NCBI GenBank assembly: GCA_963666515.2 | Contig: OY762897.2 | Span: 640,001-704,000 of the forward strand | DNA: 64,000 bases | DNA from: Candidatus Binatia bacterium | GTDB taxonomy: Bacteria > Desulfobacterota > Binatia > UBA9968 > JAJDTQ01 | Reading direction: 5' to 3' | Shown: piece after piece, positions 38,488 through 48,526 of the stretch | How positions within the stretch are numbered: position 1 is the first letter of the stretch | How the letters are laid out: each line of letters opens with the position of its first letter | Notes under the pieces: model-generated | Told to the model about the DNA's origin: nothing | Seen by the model: only the letters and a program-made list of their open reading frames with translations | Databases searched by the model: none | Position numbers and translations under genes: made by a program

Positions 38488-39501
38488 ATGCGATTCTATA
38501 TCAATATCCTCTCCACCTACTACCCGGACTTGGATCCGCCTTACGAGGTCTACTACCGGCAGATGCTGGAACAGATCGAGCTGGCCGAGGAGCTGGGGTT
38601 CGAGTGCTTCATGTTCAACGAGCACCATTTCCTGGGCTACGGCGGCCTCATCGCCAACCCCGCGGTGATGCTTGCCGCGGCCGCGACCCGCACGTCGCGC
38701 ATTCGTCTGGGTCCATGCATCGCCATCCTGAGTGTGCGGCATCCGCTGCAGGTGGCCGAGGACTACGCCATGGTGGACGCCATCTCGGGCGGCCGGCTGG
38801 AGTTCGGCATCGGGCTGGGCAACACGGCGCTGGACTACCGCGTCTTCGAGACTCCGCAGGAGGAGGGAAGGGCGCGATACCAGGAGGCCCACGACATCAT
38901 CACCAAGGCGTGGACACAAGAGCGTTTCAGCCACGAAGGGGAGTTCTGGAAGTTTGAGGAGATCACGCTCTACCCCCGGCCCGTGCAGAAGCCGCTGCCG
39001 CTCACCTGGGTGGCGGGTACGTCACCCGAGGGGCTCGGATGGGCCGGCCGCAACGGCTACCACATCATGACCGTGGGCCATCCCCATCCGCCGGACAAGG
39101 TTGGCGCCGGGGTGGCCGCGTGGCGCGAGGGCCTGCTGGCTTCGGGCCGCGACCCCGCGGACTACCACTGCCAGTACCATCTGCGCACCTACGTCAACGA
39201 GGACGCCGCGGTCGCCCGGGAGATCGGCGAGAAGGCCATCGACCGCTACGAGGCGATCTCCCAGATCCAGCGCAAGGCGCCCCCTCCTCCGGGTTTCGTT
39301 TATCCGTGGAAGGAGATGCTCGAGACCGGCCGTAATCTATACGGAACCCCGGATCAGTGCATCGAGATCATCCACAACGCTCGCCGCCACTACTACTTCG
39401 ACACCGTGACCCACAACTTCAACTTCGGCGGCCTCCCGCACGAGGAAGTGAAGAAGTCCATGCGCCTCTTCGCCCGGGAAGTCATGCCGGCGTTCCGGTG
39501 A
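38488..39501 (+). CDS. LLM-class flavin-dependent oxidoreductase
   Basis: FNEHHF, AEDYAMVDAISGGRLEFGIG, PRPVQKP. Confidence 0.9.
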   Translation: MRFYINILSTYYPDLDPPYEVYYRQMLEQIELAEELGFECFMFNEHHFLGYGGLIANPAVMLAAAATRTSRIRLGPCIAILSVRHPLQVAEDYAMVDAISGGRLEFGIGLGNTALDYRVFETPQEEGRARYQEAHDIITKAWTQERFSHEGEFWKFEEITLYPRPVQKPLPLTWVAGTSPEGLGWAGRNGYHIMTVGHPHPPDKVGAGVAAWREGLLASGRDPADYHCQYHLRTYVNEDAAVAREIGEKAIDRYEAISQIQRKAPPPPGFVYPWKEMLETGRNLYGTPDQCIEIIHNARRHYYFDTVTHNFNFGGLPHEEVKKSMRLFAREVMPAFR

Positions 39502-39510
39502 CATCGTTCC

Positions 39511-40521
39511 TTACAGGTCCAGCGTGCTCGGTGCGAAGATCTCTTCCGGTGCGAGCTTGCGCGGCGTGAGCTTCTGCTCGAAGGAGTACTCGGTGAGGGT
39601 TTCGAGCATGGCGGCATTGTCCTTGATGCCGTAGGGGAAGGGGTCTTCTCCGACGATGGACCGCGTCTGCTCCAGGTATGCGGGACCGAAGAAAAGGTCC
39701 GATGGGATGGCGCGCGGCAGTTGCCCGAGCCAGTGTTCCTTGGCTTTTGTGAAGGCGGCGTAGAGGTTGAAGGCGAGCCACGGGTGCTTCTCATGCACGT
39801 CGCCGCGGATCACGTAGCAGTGGTTGATGGGGACGAACCCGTGAGCCTCCACGTAACGTTTCCCTTCCGCCATCATGTCCGGGAACAGCGGCCGGACCAA
39901 GCCTTCGTCGCCCTCCCGGCGGTCTCCGGTGGAACGGTCGATGACGTTACGCTCCGCGTGGAAGGTGCTGAGCAGCATGGCCGTGTCGAGCTCCCGGTTG
40001 ACCAGCATGGAGATCAGGCTCTTGTCATCGGGTATCCGGTGGAAGCGGATCCCCTCCGGCGGGGTAAACCCGGTTGCGCCGCCGTGGCTCAATGCCTCGC
40101 TGCGCTCCATGTACCAGTCTACGCCGTACTGGGACACGCCGAAGTCGTGCTCCAGGGTGCCGCGGGTCCACAGCGCCGCGGTCTGCTGGTATTCGCCCAC
40201 GCCAATACGCTTCCCCGCCAGCTCTTCAGCGTGCTCGATGCCGGAATCCTTATGGACGTAAAGCGCCAGGTGCATGAAGCGGCGCGAAGGAAACACGGGG
40301 ATGGCCACCATGTCGTGCCCCCGGGACTTGGCGATGAGCAGCGAGGACATGGACATCTCGGCGACCTCGAACTCGCCGAACTTGAGCTGCCGCCAGAAGG
40401 TCTCGGAAGGGTTCGAGTGGGTCCAGACCAACTCCACTCCTTCCACCGGAATGGTGCCGTCGAGAAGCGGGGCGATACGTTCGTACTTGGCGGAGACGAG
40501 GCTGAGCTGGAGTTTCTTCAT
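39511..40521 (-). CDS. 4,5-dihydroxyphthalate decarboxylase-like protein
   Basis: ETFWRQL, EMSMSS, PVFPSRRF, EYQQTAALWTRG, PINH, DPFPYG. Confidence 0.8.
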   Translation of the reverse strand: MKKLQLSLVSAKYERIAPLLDGTIPVEGVELVWTHSNPSETFWRQLKFGEFEVAEMSMSSLLIAKSRGHDMVAIPVFPSRRFMHLALYVHKDSGIEHAEELAGKRIGVGEYQQTAALWTRGTLEHDFGVSQYGVDWYMERSEALSHGGATGFTPPEGIRFHRIPDDKSLISMLVNRELDTAMLLSTFHAERNVIDRSTGDRREGDEGLVRPLFPDMMAEGKRYVEAHGFVPINHCYVIRGDVHEKHPWLAFNLYAAFTKAKEHWLGQLPRAIPSDLFFGPAYLEQTRSIVGEDPFPYGIKDNAAMLETLTEYSFEQKLTPRKLAPEEIFAPSTLDL

Positions 40522-40533
40522 GTGCGCGGGTTA

Positions 40534-40564
40534 CGGGACGGACCGTAGTGAGTGGTCCGTCCCG
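40534..40564. terminator. intergenic stem-loop
   Basis: CGGGACGGACC-N9-GGTCCGTCCCG, 11-bp perfect stem. Confidence 0.5.
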
Positions 40565-40592
40565 GGTCGGATGCGGTTGATGATCGGCTTCG

Positions 40593-41669
40593 CTACTGCG
40601 CCGTCACGCAGGCGGTGAGCACGGACGGAAGCTCGGCCATAACCGGCTCCCAGGAATCCCCGCGGTCGCGGGTGACGTAGAGGGCGCCGAGGCCGCGCTG
40701 CTTGGGATCGAAGCCGAAACCGCGGGCGCCGTCGCCCATGGCGGCGAAGACCGTATTCGCGTCTTCTGGGTGGCGCTGCAGCGTCCACGGCATGTACGGC
40801 ATCATCTCGGCGATGCCGTTGGTGGCGGTGCGCCAGGACGCGCCTTCGTCATCGCTCAGCATGATCACGCCGTGGGGGTTCGTGCTCTCGCCGCGCCACA
40901 CTCCAGGGGAACCGCGCCCGCCGCACACCATCATCCGCGGGGTGTCGCCCGGCAGGAAGTACCAGTCGTGGGTGTAGCTGTACTTCTCGGTGTAGCCCCA
41001 CGGCATGCCGTCCTCGACCCGGCGCCACTGCCGTCCGCGGTCGTCGCTGCGGAAGAAGCCCCGGGCGCACGATACGTAGTAGCGGTCCTTGCTGCCCGGA
41101 TAGTTGTAGATGTGGTGCATGTCGAGATAGTCGATGCCGCTGCTCGCGTCCTCCCAGGTCTTGCCCCGGTCCTCGCTACGCACGACGCCGCCGTGCTCCA
41201 GCGTCAACAGCAGGAGGTCCGAGTCGTCCGGATGGATCAAGATGTTGCAGACGTGCGGGAACTGCACGCCGACGTACGGCCCTGGGACGCACCACTGGTT
41301 CTGGACCTCCTCGGGCATCTGCTGCAGGCTCTCCAGGTTCTCCCAGGTGTCGCCGCCGTCCTCGCTGCGCATGAGCTGCACCGGACCCAGTCCGGCATAG
41401 ACCACGCGGTCGTCGCGGGGGTCCACCACGAAGCAGCGGGCGTCGCCCTCGATGACCCTCTTCCAGCTCTTGCCCGCGTCGTCGGTGCGGTAGGCGCCGT
41501 CGAAGGGCACGGCGGCGAAGACGCGCTCGGGCCGGGTCTTTGAGCCAGCCAGCCCGTCCACGGTCTGCCCCGGAAAATGCTCGGCGCACGCCTCCAACCC
41601 ACCGCCGCGATCCTCGTAGACGGTGAGCCCGCCGTTGAACGCCACGTAATAGCGGAGTGAATCGCTCAT
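40593..41669 (-). CDS. BNR/Asp-box beta-propeller protein (cytoplasmic)
   Basis: Six S/TxDxGxxW Asp-boxes; no signal peptide. Confidence 0.8.
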   Translation of the reverse strand: MSDSLRYYVAFNGGLTVYEDRGGGLEACAEHFPGQTVDGLAGSKTRPERVFAAVPFDGAYRTDDAGKSWKRVIEGDARCFVVDPRDDRVVYAGLGPVQLMRSEDGGDTWENLESLQQMPEEVQNQWCVPGPYVGVQFPHVCNILIHPDDSDLLLLTLEHGGVVRSEDRGKTWEDASSGIDYLDMHHIYNYPGSKDRYYVSCARGFFRSDDRGRQWRRVEDGMPWGYTEKYSYTHDWYFLPGDTPRMMVCGGRGSPGVWRGESTNPHGVIMLSDDEGASWRTATNGIAEMMPYMPWTLQRHPEDANTVFAAMGDGARGFGFDPKQRGLGALYVTRDRGDSWEPVMAELPSVLTACVTAQ

Positions 41670-41687
41670 CGGTCTCTCCTTTCCTCT

Positions 41688-42941
41688 CTAGCGCGGCGCC
41701 ACCAGGATTTCTTCCCGTGGGAAGTGGTCCATGATCTCGGCGCCGTCCTTGGTCACCACCACCATGTTCTCCAGTCGCACGCCGCCCACGCGGGTCTCGC
41801 CCTCGCGGCTCTCGATGGCGATGGTCATGCCCTCCTCGAAGACCTGCGGGTAGTTGAGCGACCACTGGCGGTTGATGATGGGGATGTCGTAGTTGGTGCT
41901 TCCCTGGGTGAGGCCGATGCCGTGGCCGATCTCGCTGGCCAGCACCTCGCACTCCTCGTCGTAGCCCCAGCTCGTCGCCGGCGGGAAGTGCTTGGCGGCG
42001 TCGGCGGTGGTGGCGCCGGGCTTGATGGCGTCGATGACCCCATCGATGCTGTCCCGTACGCGCTTGTACCAGTCCTGCTCCTTGGCGGTGGGTTTCCGCC
42101 CCACGATGAAGGTCCGGTACGTGCAGGTGGCGTAGCCCTGGTAGGTGAGGCCGCAGAGCGAGCCGTACAGCAGGTCGCCGGTCTGCAACAGCCGGCTGGA
42201 CTGATGGAAGCCGCGGTCGAAGGTGGAGGGCCCGGAGCGCCAGCCTCCGGGCGGCGCCGACTCCGCGCCCATGTCGTAGCCCGCCTTGGTGGCGATGCCC
42301 GACAGCTCGGTGTCTCGGACCCCCGGCTTGGCGTTCTCCCATATGCTGTACCAGACGCCTTCGACGATGGCCGCGGCGGTCTTGAGGCAGTCGATCTCGT
42401 CGGGGGTCTTGATCTTGCGGATCTCCTTCATCACCAGGCTGAAGTCCACGAGGTTCTTGACGCCGGCGTTGGTGAGGGCCTCCCGTGCGATGCCGTCGAA
42501 GGCGCTGAAGCCGATCTTTTCGTTCAGCAGGCCCCGGCTCTTCAACTCGTCGTGGATGTCGGCGGCGAATTGCCGGGCCTCGTCCTTGGCCGCCTCGATG
42601 CCGCAGGCCGCGGTGAGCCAAGCCCGCGCCGGCCGCCACTCCTTGATCCACGGCGCCTGATCCGGCATCTGGTGGAAGTGGCCGCTGTGCTCGTACATGA
42701 CCGGGTCATGGTCGGCAAAGAACAGGGTGTAGCGGCACATGGGATAGTTGAACCCCTTGAGGCCGGTGAGGTAGCGGATGTTGGCCGAGTTGGCTTCCAG
42801 CAGCGCCGGGATGCCGTGCTCGCGCATGATCCGCTTGGCCCGCTCGGCCCGCTCCCGCCGCATGCGGTCCGTGTTCAGCCGCTCCTGCCAGTCCGATATC
42901 TCGTTGCCGTAGATGAGCTTGGATGCGTACTGCGGTGCCAT
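41688..42941 (-). CDS. M24 (Xaa-Pro peptidase) family protein with altered metal ligands
   Basis: RKIKTPDEI, GHGIG, AIES, GVRLENMVVVT. Confidence 0.85.
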   Translation of the reverse strand: MAPQYASKLIYGNEISDWQERLNTDRMRRERAERAKRIMREHGIPALLEANSANIRYLTGLKGFNYPMCRYTLFFADHDPVMYEHSGHFHQMPDQAPWIKEWRPARAWLTAACGIEAAKDEARQFAADIHDELKSRGLLNEKIGFSAFDGIAREALTNAGVKNLVDFSLVMKEIRKIKTPDEIDCLKTAAAIVEGVWYSIWENAKPGVRDTELSGIATKAGYDMGAESAPPGGWRSGPSTFDRGFHQSSRLLQTGDLLYGSLCGLTYQGYATCTYRTFIVGRKPTAKEQDWYKRVRDSIDGVIDAIKPGATTADAAKHFPPATSWGYDEECEVLASEIGHGIGLTQGSTNYDIPIINRQWSLNYPQVFEEGMTIAIESREGETRVGGVRLENMVVVTKDGAEIMDHFPREEILVAPR

Positions 42942-43109
42942 GGGGAACCTCCTTGGGTGACTGCGGAAATCAGGAGTCTGTCCGTCGAGGGCGGGTCCGA
43001 AATCCGCCCCTACATGGCCACATGAGCCTGTCCTTGTCAAGGTTCGGCCGGGGTACTAGGATGACCGGAAACCCCAAGCGGCAGCGTTCACGGAAGGAGA
43101 CGAGAGAAG

Positions 43110-44138
43110 ATGAGCAACTACCGCGCCGTCGATGCGGACGGCCACGTGATGGAGCATCCCGGGGAGATCAAGGAGTTCTTCGAGCCGCCCTACAACCAAC
43201 TGCCCTGGACCGTCTACTCGCTGTTCCCGAGCGTGGACGGTTTCGTCCGCGGCTTCTCGCGTCTGACCGAGGAAGACGATCCGAACGCCGAGCGCTGGGT
43301 GGAGTTTCTCGACCGCTGCGGCATCGAGACCTCCTACCTGTATCCGTCGGTGGGCTTGGCCAGCGGCATGATCCAGGACCGGGACTATGCCGCGGCCATC
43401 GCACGGGCCTACAACCGCTGGGTGCACGCGAAGTTCATGCAGGCCAGCGAGCGCCTGCGCGCGGTGGCGCTGATCCCGGCCCAGAACATCCCGGAAGCGG
43501 TCACCGAGCTTCGCGCCGCGGTGACCGAGCTGGGCATGCCCGGCGCCATGCTGCCGTCGGTGACGGCCGCCGGCAAGCACTATGGCCACCGCGACTTCGA
43601 CCCCCTCTACGAGGAGGCCCAGCGCCTCGGCTGCTGCCTGGCCATCCACGGCGCCGTGAGCCAGCGCATCGGCATCGACAACTCCGAAAACCTCTTCAAG
43701 ACCCACACGCTGGAGCACCCGTTGTCCCAGCTCATCCAGTTCACCGACATGATGACCGAGGGCGTGTTCGAGCGCTTTCCCGACCTGCGCTTCGCCTTCC
43801 TGGAGGCGGGCGCCGGCTGGGCCCCCTACATGATGGACCGCATGGACGAGAACTACGAGCGGCGAAGGCGCTGGTGCCCGGTGCTGACCAAGCGCCCCAG
43901 CGACTACGTGCGCGACGGCAACATCTACTTCAGTTGCGAGGTGGAGGAGAGGACCCTCCCCACCGTGCTGCAGCTCGTGGGCGAGGACCGGATCCTCTTC
44001 GCATCTGACTATCCGCACGAGCGCCACAAGGGCGAGTTCTACGGCGACATCGACGAGTTGAACGCCCGGGAAGACCTCTCGGACACGCAGAAGCACAAGG
44101 TGCTCTACGCCAACGCCGAGCGGTTCTACAACGGCTGA
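43110..44138 (+). CDS. amidohydrolase_2 family protein (LigW/LigJ/ACMSD-like decarboxylase or hydratase)
   Basis: DADGHVME, AIH, FERFPDLRFAFLEAG, FASDYPH, NAERFY. Confidence 0.85.
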   Translation: MSNYRAVDADGHVMEHPGEIKEFFEPPYNQLPWTVYSLFPSVDGFVRGFSRLTEEDDPNAERWVEFLDRCGIETSYLYPSVGLASGMIQDRDYAAAIARAYNRWVHAKFMQASERLRAVALIPAQNIPEAVTELRAAVTELGMPGAMLPSVTAAGKHYGHRDFDPLYEEAQRLGCCLAIHGAVSQRIGIDNSENLFKTHTLEHPLSQLIQFTDMMTEGVFERFPDLRFAFLEAGAGWAPYMMDRMDENYERRRRWCPVLTKRPSDYVRDGNIYFSCEVEERTLPTVLQLVGEDRILFASDYPHERHKGEFYGDIDELNAREDLSDTQKHKVLYANAERFYNG

Positions 44139-44180
44139 GGCAAGCAGCCCGGAAGGGAAGCCGACAGGAGGAAACCCAAC

Positions 44181-44630
44181 ATGCCGAAGGTCTCATCATT
44201 GGGCCACGTGGGCCTGCTGGTCCACGACATCGAGCGCTCCAAGGCGTTCTACCGCGACGTGTTGGGCCTCACGGTCAGCGACGAGAGCGACACCGGCACC
44301 GTCTTCATGACCGCCCAGGAACGCCATAAAGAGCACCACGAGCTGCAATTGCGTCCCGGCCGGGAAGAAGGCGGGAGCATCGTCACGCAGATATCCTTCC
44401 GCTGCGGCACCCTGGCCGAACTGAAAGCCTTCCACCGCGACTTCGTGGAACGCGGCATCCCCATCCAGCACGTCAACAGCCACGGCAACGCCATCGGCAT
44501 CTATTTCACCGACCCCGACGGCAATACGGTGGAAGTCTACTGGCCCACCGGCATCGACTGGCCCCAGCCCTTCCGCAAGCCGGTGGATCTCAGCGCCACC
44601 GACGAGGATATCCTGGCGAATCTGACGTGA
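44181..44630 (+). CDS. VOC family protein
   Basis: LGHVGL, EHHEL, HGNAIGIYFTDPDGNTVE. Confidence 0.88.
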   Translation: MPKVSSLGHVGLLVHDIERSKAFYRDVLGLTVSDESDTGTVFMTAQERHKEHHELQLRPGREEGGSIVTQISFRCGTLAELKAFHRDFVERGIPIQHVNSHGNAIGIYFTDPDGNTVEVYWPTGIDWPQPFRKPVDLSATDEDILANLT

Positions 44631-44784
44631 CCCTTGTGACGTAGGTGCGCAGTAGTACCTTGCCGGTGTCCGGTTCACCGGCAAGCACACATTCGATCCC
44701 TTCCGTGAGCAGGGCTTCGCGAAATACGGGGTCCCGTTCAACGCGCTCCCAGATGGTTTCCCTGAAGTCTCGCGTCAGAGCCAT
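44590..44784 (-). pseudogene. truncated addiction-module antitoxin/regulator fragment
   Basis: MALTRDFRET..RVERDPVFREALL.EGIEC.L.GE.DTGK.LLR.YV, then similarity is lost before any HTH; runs into the convergent VOC gene. Confidence 0.55.
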
Positions 44785-44807
44785 CAACTCTCTCATTTCA
44801 CGATTCT

Positions 44808-47054
44808 TCACGACCCCTGCAACGCCGCGTACACTTTCTCCGCGGTGAGCGGCAGGTCGTAGATGCGCGCGCCGGTGGCGTCGGCCACGGCGTTGGCGAT
44901 GGCGGCGGCGGTGGGGACGTTGGGCAGTTCGCCGATGGCCTTGCCCTGGAAGGGGACCGGGCCTTCGCCCTGGTCGACGAACACGGTGTCGAGGCGCGGG
45001 ATGTCCTTGGCGCAAGGGAGCTTGAAGTCGCCCAGGTTCAGGGTGGTGATCCTGCCGTCGGACATGGGGTTGTCTTCCATGAGCGCGAAGCCCACGCCGT
45101 TGACCACGCCGCCGTCGATCTGGCCCTGGTAGGTCAGGTGGTTGATGATACGGCCGGAGTCGTGGGCGGTGGTCATGCGGGTGACCTTCACCTGGCCGGT
45201 TTCCGGGTCCACCTCCACCTCGGCGACCTGGGCCGCGAACGAGGTGATGGGCGGCTGGCCCTCGGGGGCGAAGAGGGTGTCGTGGTGGAACGAGCCGCCG
45301 GCCTCGGCGATGGCGGCTTGGGCCGCCTCGGCGAAGGACAGCTCGCCGCCCTCGGGGGCGGCGAAGCGACCGTCCACCCGGCCCACCTGGTCGGGCGCGC
45401 AGCCGAGCTTTTTGGCGGCGCACTCCACGAGCATTTCGTGCACCTCCCGGGCGGCCTTGTGGGCGGCGTGTCCGGTGGTGTTGGTGGACTTGCTGCCGCC
45501 GGTGCCGGGATCCCAGGGCGAGTTGTCGGTGTCCTCCACCTGGATGCGGATGGTCTCGGGCGCGGTACCCAGGGTCTCGCTTACGATCTGCACGATGGCG
45601 GTGTGGATTCCGGGCCCCACGTCGGGCACGCCGACGAGAACCGTAACCGTGCCGTCTTCATCCAGATCGATGCCGGCGTTGGCGTTGCCGCCGCCGGCGC
45701 CGCGTTCGTAGAGCGCGATGCCGCGGCCCCGGTTGGGTCCGGGCTGGCTCGCGCGCCATCCGGACGCCTCCACGGCCTTGGCCAGGGTCTCCTTGGCCAG
45801 GATGCCGTCCCACTTGGCGCCCAGCGGCGAGGCGTCGCCGGGGTCCAGCAGGTTGCGCATGCGAAAGTCCACCGGGTCGATTCCCATCTCCCTGGCGATG
45901 TGGCCCATCTGCGACTCCACCGCGAACACGATCTGTGGGCTTCCCGGAGTCCGTGTCTGCGTGCACGGCACCTGGTTGGTGTAGGCGCACACGGTCTCGA
46001 TGCGGATGGCCGGCACCCGGTAGTAGCTGGCCAGCCGCCGGGCGCCCAGCACGGTGATCTCGGGGTTGGCCTTCCACGCGGCGTAGGCGCCGCCGGTGAA
46101 AGTGACCTTGCCCTCGACGGCCGTTATGGCGCCGTCGTTCTTGACTCCGGTGCGAATCGTGACCACGGCCGGATGGCGGTGCGCCGCGGTGGCGATCTCC
46201 TCGGTGTAGGTGAGCACCATGCGCACCGGCCGGCCCGTTTCCTTGGCCAGGAAATAGCACACCGGCGTGTCGATCATGGAAGCCTTGCCGCCGAAGTCGC
46301 CGCCCACCGAGAGGATGTGGACGTTGACCTTCTCAGGCTCAAGGCCCAGGTCCGCGCAGAGCCGGTTCTTCAGCGCGAACGGCCCCTTGTTGGAGGCCCA
46401 AACCTCGACGTTGCCGGAAGCGTCCACCGCTACGGTGCAGGCGTGGGGCTCCAGGTAGCCGTGGTGCGCCAGTTGGGTCGCGAAGGTGTTCTCGAACACC
46501 CGGTCGGCGGCGGCGAATCCGGCGTCGAGGTCGCCGTTCTGCCACACGCTGTGGGACTGGACGTTGGGCCGGTCGGGGTCCACGCCCTCCGCCAGCGGCG
46601 GCGCGTTCTTGTACTCCCGCGGCGCGTCGTGCAGCGCCACGGTGCCGGGCTTCACCGCCTCCAGCGGATCGTACACCCCCGGCAGTTCCTCGTAGTCCAC
46701 CTCGATGAGCCGCAACGCCGCGTCGCAGATCTCCGGCGTGTCCGCGGCCACCGCGGCCACCGGGTCGCTCACGAACCGCACCTTGTCCCTGGCCAGCACC
46801 GGCATGTCCTTCATGCGCAGCCCCACGTACACTCCCGGCAGGTCCGCGCCGGTCAGCACCGCGTGGACCCCCGGCAGCGCCTTGGCCTTGCCGGTGTCGA
46901 TGTTGCGTATGTGCGCATGGGGCAGCGGGCTGCGCAGCACCTTGGCGTAAAGGGAGTCCGGGATCGGCAGATCCGCGGCGTAGCGCGTGGCGCCGGTGAC
47001 TTTGTCCGCGCCTTCGATGCGGGGCATGGGTTTTCCGACGGTCTGATAGGCCAA
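44808..47054 (-). CDS. xanthine dehydrogenase family molybdopterin-binding (large) subunit
   Basis: KVTGATRYAAD, HGYLEPH, GGDFGGK, RHP, GQIDGG, KAIGE; TTG start with GGAGG. Confidence 0.9.
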   Translation of the reverse strand: MAYQTVGKPMPRIEGADKVTGATRYAADLPIPDSLYAKVLRSPLPHAHIRNIDTGKAKALPGVHAVLTGADLPGVYVGLRMKDMPVLARDKVRFVSDPVAAVAADTPEICDAALRLIEVDYEELPGVYDPLEAVKPGTVALHDAPREYKNAPPLAEGVDPDRPNVQSHSVWQNGDLDAGFAAADRVFENTFATQLAHHGYLEPHACTVAVDASGNVEVWASNKGPFALKNRLCADLGLEPEKVNVHILSVGGDFGGKASMIDTPVCYFLAKETGRPVRMVLTYTEEIATAAHRHPAVVTIRTGVKNDGAITAVEGKVTFTGGAYAAWKANPEITVLGARRLASYYRVPAIRIETVCAYTNQVPCTQTRTPGSPQIVFAVESQMGHIAREMGIDPVDFRMRNLLDPGDASPLGAKWDGILAKETLAKAVEASGWRASQPGPNRGRGIALYERGAGGGNANAGIDLDEDGTVTVLVGVPDVGPGIHTAIVQIVSETLGTAPETIRIQVEDTDNSPWDPGTGGSKSTNTTGHAAHKAAREVHEMLVECAAKKLGCAPDQVGRVDGRFAAPEGGELSFAEAAQAAIAEAGGSFHHDTLFAPEGQPPITSFAAQVAEVEVDPETGQVKVTRMTTAHDSGRIINHLTYQGQIDGGVVNGVGFALMEDNPMSDGRITTLNLGDFKLPCAKDIPRLDTVFVDQGEGPVPFQGKAIGELPNVPTAAAIANAVADATGARIYDLPLTAEKVYAALQGS

Positions 47055-47088
47055 GGTTCACCTCCGGTTGGTTCGTCTTCGTGCGTCG

Positions 47089-47148
47089 GTCCTTCGACTT
47101 CGCTCGTCCTTCGGCAAGCTCAGGACTCGCTACGCTCAGGACGAACGG
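47089..47148. repeat. REP-like element with a nested related unit
   Basis: Outer GTCCTTCGACTTCGCT...GCTACGCTCAGGACGAACGG encloses inner GTCCTTCGGCAAGCTCAGGAC (47106-47126). Confidence 0.6.
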
Positions 47149-47155
47149 TATCGGG

Positions 47156-48238
47156 TCAGTTCAGTATCCGGGCCGCGTTCTCGCCCAGGATCTTGCGCTT
47201 GTTCTCGTCTGTCAGCTTGTCGCTCTCCACGATGGGGCGGGTCACCTCGCCGGGAGGGGAGGAGTCCCAGTGCGGCGTGTCCGTGGCCAGCACCAGGTTG
47301 TCGTCGCCCAGCATCTCCACGGCCAGCTCGAAGTGCTCGTCCTCGAACGGCTCGCAGCCGACGTACACCTGCCGCATGAAGTACTCGCTGGGCTTCATCC
47401 TGAGCCACGGCACCAGGTGCGGGAGCTTCTCGTGGTGCTCGTCCATGCGCCCCAGCCACCACGGCATCTGCGAGGCGCCGGTCTCCAGGCACACGAGGTT
47501 GAGCTTGGGAAACCGCTCCAGCACGCCGCCGCAGATGAACGTCATCATGCACACCATGGACTCGAAGACGCGGCCCACCATGTGGGAGAAGAAGAAGTTG
47601 TCGGCGAAGCGTTCCTGGCCCATGGATTCGTGCTTGGTGTCGTGGATGATGATGGGCCAGCCCAGGTTCTCCAACTCGGCGTAGATGGGGTCGTAGTACG
47701 GGTCCCACCACTGGCGTCCGGCCACCGGCACCGCCTTCATGTTGAGGGCCTGGTTGCCCATGTCCGCCATGCGGTGAAGCTCCTGGACCGCCAGGTCCGC
47801 GTCCTGCCACGGAACGACGCCGGCCCATTGCAGGCGCTCCGGGAACTCCCCGGCGTACTGCCGCATGTAGTTGTTCTCGGCACGGCAATAGGCGGCGGCC
47901 AGTTGCGGGTCGTCCGGGAACCACACCAGGTCCAGTGCCGGCGAGTTGGGGGACAGCACCGCCACGTCGATGGCGTCCTTGTCGAGGTTGCGCACCCGGC
48001 CCCCGGCCGCCAAGTCTTCCGCCTTGTGCCAGACGGGCTTCTCGCCGCTCTGTCGGGTCACCTCCGACCCCACCATGATGCGCGTCCCCACAAGGGTCTT
48101 GCGCCGTTCGTCGGGGGCGGTGGGAAGCGGCCGGGGAAGGTGTCCCTTCCATTCGTCCTCGATGCAGTCGGCCCAGTTGGCCACGTCGCCCACCAAGTGG
48201 CTGTCGAGGTCGATGACCTTGGTACCGTTGATGGCCAT
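47156..48238 (-). CDS. amidohydrolase_2 family protein
   Basis: IDLDSH, IIH, LERFPKL..LETG, ATDTPHWD, ILGENAAR. Confidence 0.85.
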   Translation of the reverse strand: MAINGTKVIDLDSHLVGDVANWADCIEDEWKGHLPRPLPTAPDERRKTLVGTRIMVGSEVTRQSGEKPVWHKAEDLAAGGRVRNLDKDAIDVAVLSPNSPALDLVWFPDDPQLAAAYCRAENNYMRQYAGEFPERLQWAGVVPWQDADLAVQELHRMADMGNQALNMKAVPVAGRQWWDPYYDPIYAELENLGWPIIIHDTKHESMGQERFADNFFFSHMVGRVFESMVCMMTFICGGVLERFPKLNLVCLETGASQMPWWLGRMDEHHEKLPHLVPWLRMKPSEYFMRQVYVGCEPFEDEHFELAVEMLGDDNLVLATDTPHWDSSPPGEVTRPIVESDKLTDENKRKILGENAARILN

Positions 48239-48526
48239 GTGGATTCTCCTCTCTGGATGGCCGCTGCCCCGCGCGCCAAGGTGGCGTGCGGACGCACAAG
48301 CGGGCGGGATCGGCGGTGCGCCGAAACGACAAGCGTGGAGCATACCGTCCCGCGCATCATGCCGACGCGAATGGCGGGACAGGACACTCGCCGTTGATGT
48401 TGAATAGCGTTCCTGGACGGGCAGTTCAAGGGATGGCAGACTGCCGGGACTGCGCCCGGCAGGTTCGGGGGCTCGGTCTGCCGAGTCGTCAAATGCGGGC
48501 ACACACGAAAGCGGGGGAACTCATCC

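Noticed and set aside
45138-47684. Long antisense and alternate-frame ORFs (848 aa here; also 697-2040, 12436-14163, 21515-23347, 58687-60771, 60185-62185)
   Set aside because: Shadow ORFs of real genes in high-GC DNA; no recognisable motifs
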